From: an uncultured delta proteobacterium
GTDB taxonomy: Bacteria > Desulfobacterota > Binatia > Binatales > Binataceae
DNA: 64,000 bases
Direction: 5' to 3'
NCBI GenBank assembly: GCA_963794325.1
Contig: CAWCDG010000004.1
Span: 896,001-960,000, forward strand
Numbering within the stretch: the first letter of the stretch is position 1; each line of letters starts with the position of its first letter. Of the stretch, positions 60,983 through 64,000 are shown one piece after another. Position numbers and translations under genes: made by a program. The notes beneath the pieces are model-generated. The model had not been told where the DNA came from, did no database searches, and was given only the letters and a program-made list of their open reading frames with translations.

Positions 60983-62266
60983 TCACGCGCTCCGCTTATC
61001 CTCCGGCGCCTCGACGCCCGCTTTCGCCGCAGACTCGACCACCGCCGATCTGAATATCCCATGCGCCATCGTCGATTCCTCGCGATCCGCACGCGCCGCG
61101 TAGATTCTCATCCGTGCCTCATGCGCCGACTTGTCATCCGGCGCAGCCGCGACAGCCCAATCCGCCAGGTGACACGCGAGCACAACATCGCCTGCCGCGA
61201 GTTTCTCATTCGCTCGTGCGATCACCGGCGCTATGCCTCCTGCGAGCGCCGCGATCTCCCGCGCCCGCTCGGCGTCAGTCGCCGGTTTCAAATTCGACGG
61301 CGTGCCGTCATACCATCCGCCTTCCAACCGCCAGATATTGCGCACGATAAATTCGGGCTCATCGTAAACCGCCTGCAGCCAGGGCTTCTCCGCGAGATTC
61401 GCCGGCGGCTTGACCGTATGAATTACCTCGTCCAGCGGCGCGCCAGCATTCATCAGCACGATCGTCTGATCGTACAAACTTTGTAGATAGTTCGCGGTGT
61501 CGTTCAGCACCTGCCGCACCCGGATCGCGCCGAACACCGGGTAACCATGTCCCGGCACGAGTACTTCCGCTCCCAGCCGCGCCATCAGGCGCAGCGCCTC
61601 GGCCCATTCGCGCGCATAGCGTTGCGCCTTCTGCGGATTACCGGCGTTGGGCGCCGCCCAGATGATCAAATCTCCCGTGCACAGCACCTTGCGCTGCGGG
61701 ATGAACACCCAGCAATGGTCGTCGGTCTCGCCGCGAGCATGATGGCATTCGAACTTGTCGTCGCCCGCAACTACATTCAACTGACTATCGAAGTAAGTAT
61801 CCGGATATACATACTCAGTCGGCCACGCCGCCGGCCGATTGAACTGCCGCGTATTGACTACCGTGTTATAGCCACCGGTCCGCTTGTAGCGATCGAACCG
61901 CGCCGCGACTGCGCGATGCCCTACGACGCGCGGCCGCGCCACCTTATTCTTCTGCGCGTCCGCGACTATCGCCGGCATCCCGCAAGCGTGATCGACATGC
62001 CCATGCGTATAGATCGCCGTGTTCACCCGTTCCGGCGAGAACTGCCGAATCAGTTTCACCGTCGCGTCCTGGTTGAAGTAGCCGCCGGTGTCGATCAGCA
62101 CCAGCCCCTCCCGCGTCTTGGCCGCGGTGACATTCGCAAACCAGCGGTAAAACATCACGCCGTCAGCAATTTCTTCGTACTCACCAGTCGGCAACAACGG
62201 ATGAAACTGCCGAGTAGTAATCGCGCCCGTAAAAATCTTCTCCGATTGATCTCTTATGACACCCAT
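60983..62266 (-). CDS. Metallo-beta-lactamase fold alkyl/aryl sulfatase-like protein
   Basis: THGHVDH, GETDDH, GD, PGHG, C-terminal sulfatase dimerisation region (GWYDGTPSNLKP). Confidence 0.85.
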   Translation of the reverse strand: MGVIRDQSEKIFTGAITTRQFHPLLPTGEYEEIADGVMFYRWFANVTAAKTREGLVLIDTGGYFNQDATVKLIRQFSPERVNTAIYTHGHVDHACGMPAIVADAQKNKVARPRVVGHRAVAARFDRYKRTGGYNTVVNTRQFNRPAAWPTEYVYPDTYFDSQLNVVAGDDKFECHHARGETDDHCWVFIPQRKVLCTGDLIIWAAPNAGNPQKAQRYAREWAEALRLMARLGAEVLVPGHGYPVFGAIRVRQVLNDTANYLQSLYDQTIVLMNAGAPLDEVIHTVKPPANLAEKPWLQAVYDEPEFIVRNIWRLEGGWYDGTPSNLKPATDAERAREIAALAGGIAPVIARANEKLAAGDVVLACHLADWAVAAAPDDKSAHEARMRIYAARADREESTMAHGIFRSAVVESAAKAGVEAPEDKRSA

Positions 62267-62280
62267 GACCAGCGCTCTCT

Positions 62281-62327
62281 CCGCGATTGTTCCCCTTCCC
62301 TCGAGGGAAGGGGTTAGGGGTTAGGTT
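62281..62327 (+). repeat. Family A element, solo copy identical to the DUF559 flank
   Basis: 47/47 match to 54517-54563; supplies the stop codon of the HAD gene. Confidence 0.95.
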
Positions 62328-63022
62328 CCGATCCGATGCAGCTCCCTGATATGCACGATCTTCTCGTGCTCGACCCACGAGTACCGCTGATGCTGATCGA
62401 TCAACCGCGCCTCGATTCCCGCTGCTCGCGCACCTTCGACATCGATCGAATAAATGTCGCCGGTAAATTTAACTTCGTCGGGACCGACCCCGAGCCGCTC
62501 GAGCGCGATACGAAAAATCCGCGGGTCAGGCTTCGCGACCCCGACGATGTGCGAGTCAATTATCACGTCGAAGTATTTCGCCAGCCCGAATCGCTTCGCA
62601 TCCGCTTCGACCTGTCCCTCTGCATTCGACACAATCGCGAGCTTGTAGCCCGCCGACTTGAACGCCTCGAGCGCCTCGACAATTCCCGGCCGCACGACCC
62701 GCCAAAGCGTCGCCTCGCGATGTATCGCGCCGAACCTTGTCGCGTGCTCCTGAAATTCCTCCTCAGGAATTCCTGCCGCCGTCATCCAGCCGCGAAAGAA
62801 AAGTTCGTATGCCGCCGCAGTGGCCTGGCGGTTCCCGGGGCTCATCAGATGTCGATCGATCGCCGCGCGCCCCGCGTATTCCGCATGCTCGAGCGCGAGC
62901 GCGTCGAGCTTCCTTCCCTCCCGCGAGAACTCGCGCGCCAGCAATTCGAAATCCAGGAACGCGAGCGTGCCGCCAAAGTCGAACAGCAGCGCCTTCAGTT
63001 TTTCCTTCTTCTTCGAGCTCAT
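62321..63022 (-). CDS. HAD-IA family hydrolase
   Basis: FDFGGTL, VSN, KPDPRIF, GD...DVEGA. Confidence 0.88.
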   Translation of the reverse strand: MSSKKKEKLKALLFDFGGTLAFLDFELLAREFSREGRKLDALALEHAEYAGRAAIDRHLMSPGNRQATAAAYELFFRGWMTAAGIPEEEFQEHATRFGAIHREATLWRVVRPGIVEALEAFKSAGYKLAIVSNAEGQVEADAKRFGLAKYFDVIIDSHIVGVAKPDPRIFRIALERLGVGPDEVKFTGDIYSIDVEGARAAGIEARLIDQHQRYSWVEHEKIVHIRELHRIGT

Positions 63023-63141
63023 TGGCGCTCCAGCTTAGCAGGGGAGCGCCGGTTCCTCCTCCTTAGTTGCATGGCAGCCAGTCAAAAAGATATGATTTTT
63101 CTGGAGATTTCCCGCCGCTTCGCAAAGTCCAAGGAGAAGTG

Positions 63142-63750
63142 ATGTTCACCGGTATCATCGAAGACCTCGGCACCGTCGACAGCCTCAAGCCGACCGACCA
63201 AGGCGCCGTGCTTTCGATCCACACCTCGCTTCCAACTTCCGAAATCACAATCGGCGACTCGATCACCGTCAACGGCGCGTGCCTGACGGTGATTTCCCGG
63301 AGCCCCGGCCGCTTCGCGATGGACGTATCCGCCGAGACCCTGCGATGCAGCAGCCTTGGCGATTTGAAACCCGGCAGCCGCGTCAATCTCGAGCGATGCC
63401 TGACGCTGGGCAAGTTGCTCGGCGGCCATCTCGTCTCCGGACACGTCGACGGCATCGGCCGCATCGTGTCGATCAAACCCGAGGGCGATTCGAAACTTTT
63501 CACGTTCGAGATTGCTCCCGCGCAGGCGCGCTACCTGGTCGAGAAGGGCTCGGTCGCGATCGACGGAATCAGCCTCACGATCTTTTCGATCAAGGACAAC
63601 AATTTTTCTGTCGAGCTGATTCCTCACACGCTGCGATCGACGACCCTCGGCTTCAAGCAGGTTGGCGACACCGTAAACATCGAAAACGACATGCTGGTCA
63701 AGTACGTCGAGAAAATTCTCACAATTCGCGCCGCAGCAACCCCCGCGTAG
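63142..63750 (+). CDS. ribE: Riboflavin synthase
   Basis: MFTGIIE, GDSITVNGACLTV, GGHLVSGHVD, KGSVAIDGISLT. Confidence 0.95.
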   Translation: MFTGIIEDLGTVDSLKPTDQGAVLSIHTSLPTSEITIGDSITVNGACLTVISRSPGRFAMDVSAETLRCSSLGDLKPGSRVNLERCLTLGKLLGGHLVSGHVDGIGRIVSIKPEGDSKLFTFEIAPAQARYLVEKGSVAIDGISLTIFSIKDNNFSVELIPHTLRSTTLGFKQVGDTVNIENDMLVKYVEKILTIRAAATPA

Positions 63751-63762
63751 ATACTGAAAAAA

Positions 63763-64000
63763 ATGAGCCTGATGCAGATACCGCGCAAGATCGAATACGC
63801 ACTGCGTGCGATGATCTATCTTGCCGACCATCCGGCGGGCGTGGCGCGCGGCACTGAAATAGCTACTCGCGAGCAAATCCCGAAGTACTATCTCGAAAAA
63901 GTCATTCGCGATCTGATGCGTCGCGGACTCGTTCACGCGCGTCGTGGTCCTGGCGGCGGATACCAACTCGCGCGCAAAGCCGACACCGTCACATTCCGCG
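63763..64000 (+). CDS. Rrf2 family regulator (3'-truncated, absent from the ORF track)
   Basis: Manual translation MSLMQIPRKIEYALRAMIYLA...IPKYYLEKV...RRGPGGGYQLAR. Confidence 0.88.
   Translation, partial: MSLMQIPRKIEYALRAMIYLADHPAGVARGTEIATREQIPKYYLEKVIRDLMRRGLVHARRGPGGGYQLARKADTVTFR

Noticed and set aside
63023-63141. FMN riboswitch upstream of riboflavin synthase
   Set aside because: The region is short and lacks the conserved RFN motifs

Overview
GC-rich bacterial chromosomal DNA, mostly housekeeping and metabolic genes. The gene content suggests a Deltaproteobacteria-like or Candidatus Binatota-like soil organism, but this is an impression and was not verified. Recognisable genes: Rrf2 regulator divergent from a sulfite reductase-cysH operon, asnS, trxA, ppiD, mreBCD-mrdA-rodA, ilvE, pcnB, a TetR-RND efflux unit, tRNA-Val(CAC), rlmD-like methyltransferase, large NAD-glutamate dehydrogenase, nagA/anmK and riboflavin synthase. 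No CRISPR array, integrase, prophage or classical IS transposase was found. Main observations: (1) a DUF559/Vsr-like endonuclease gene bracketed by perfect 47-bp inverted copies of a hairpin plus (TTAGGGG) element, with solo and tandem copies at four other loci, resembling a REP/RAYT-like system built on a different nuclease; (2) five further hairpin or REP-like repeat families; (3) a strand-specific shift to A-ending codons in genes next to these elements; (4) a MauG/BthA-type di-heme enzyme, Tat-exported metallophosphoesterase and putative His/Cys cytochrome c behind a Fur-like box; (5) an orphan bufferin-like Cys peptide, a Met-rich protein and an MsrPQ-like pair after the tRNA. Seven small frameshifts in six genes suggest indel errors in the assembly, so the pseudogene calls are provisional. 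All family assignments come from motif recognition by eye, with no database search.
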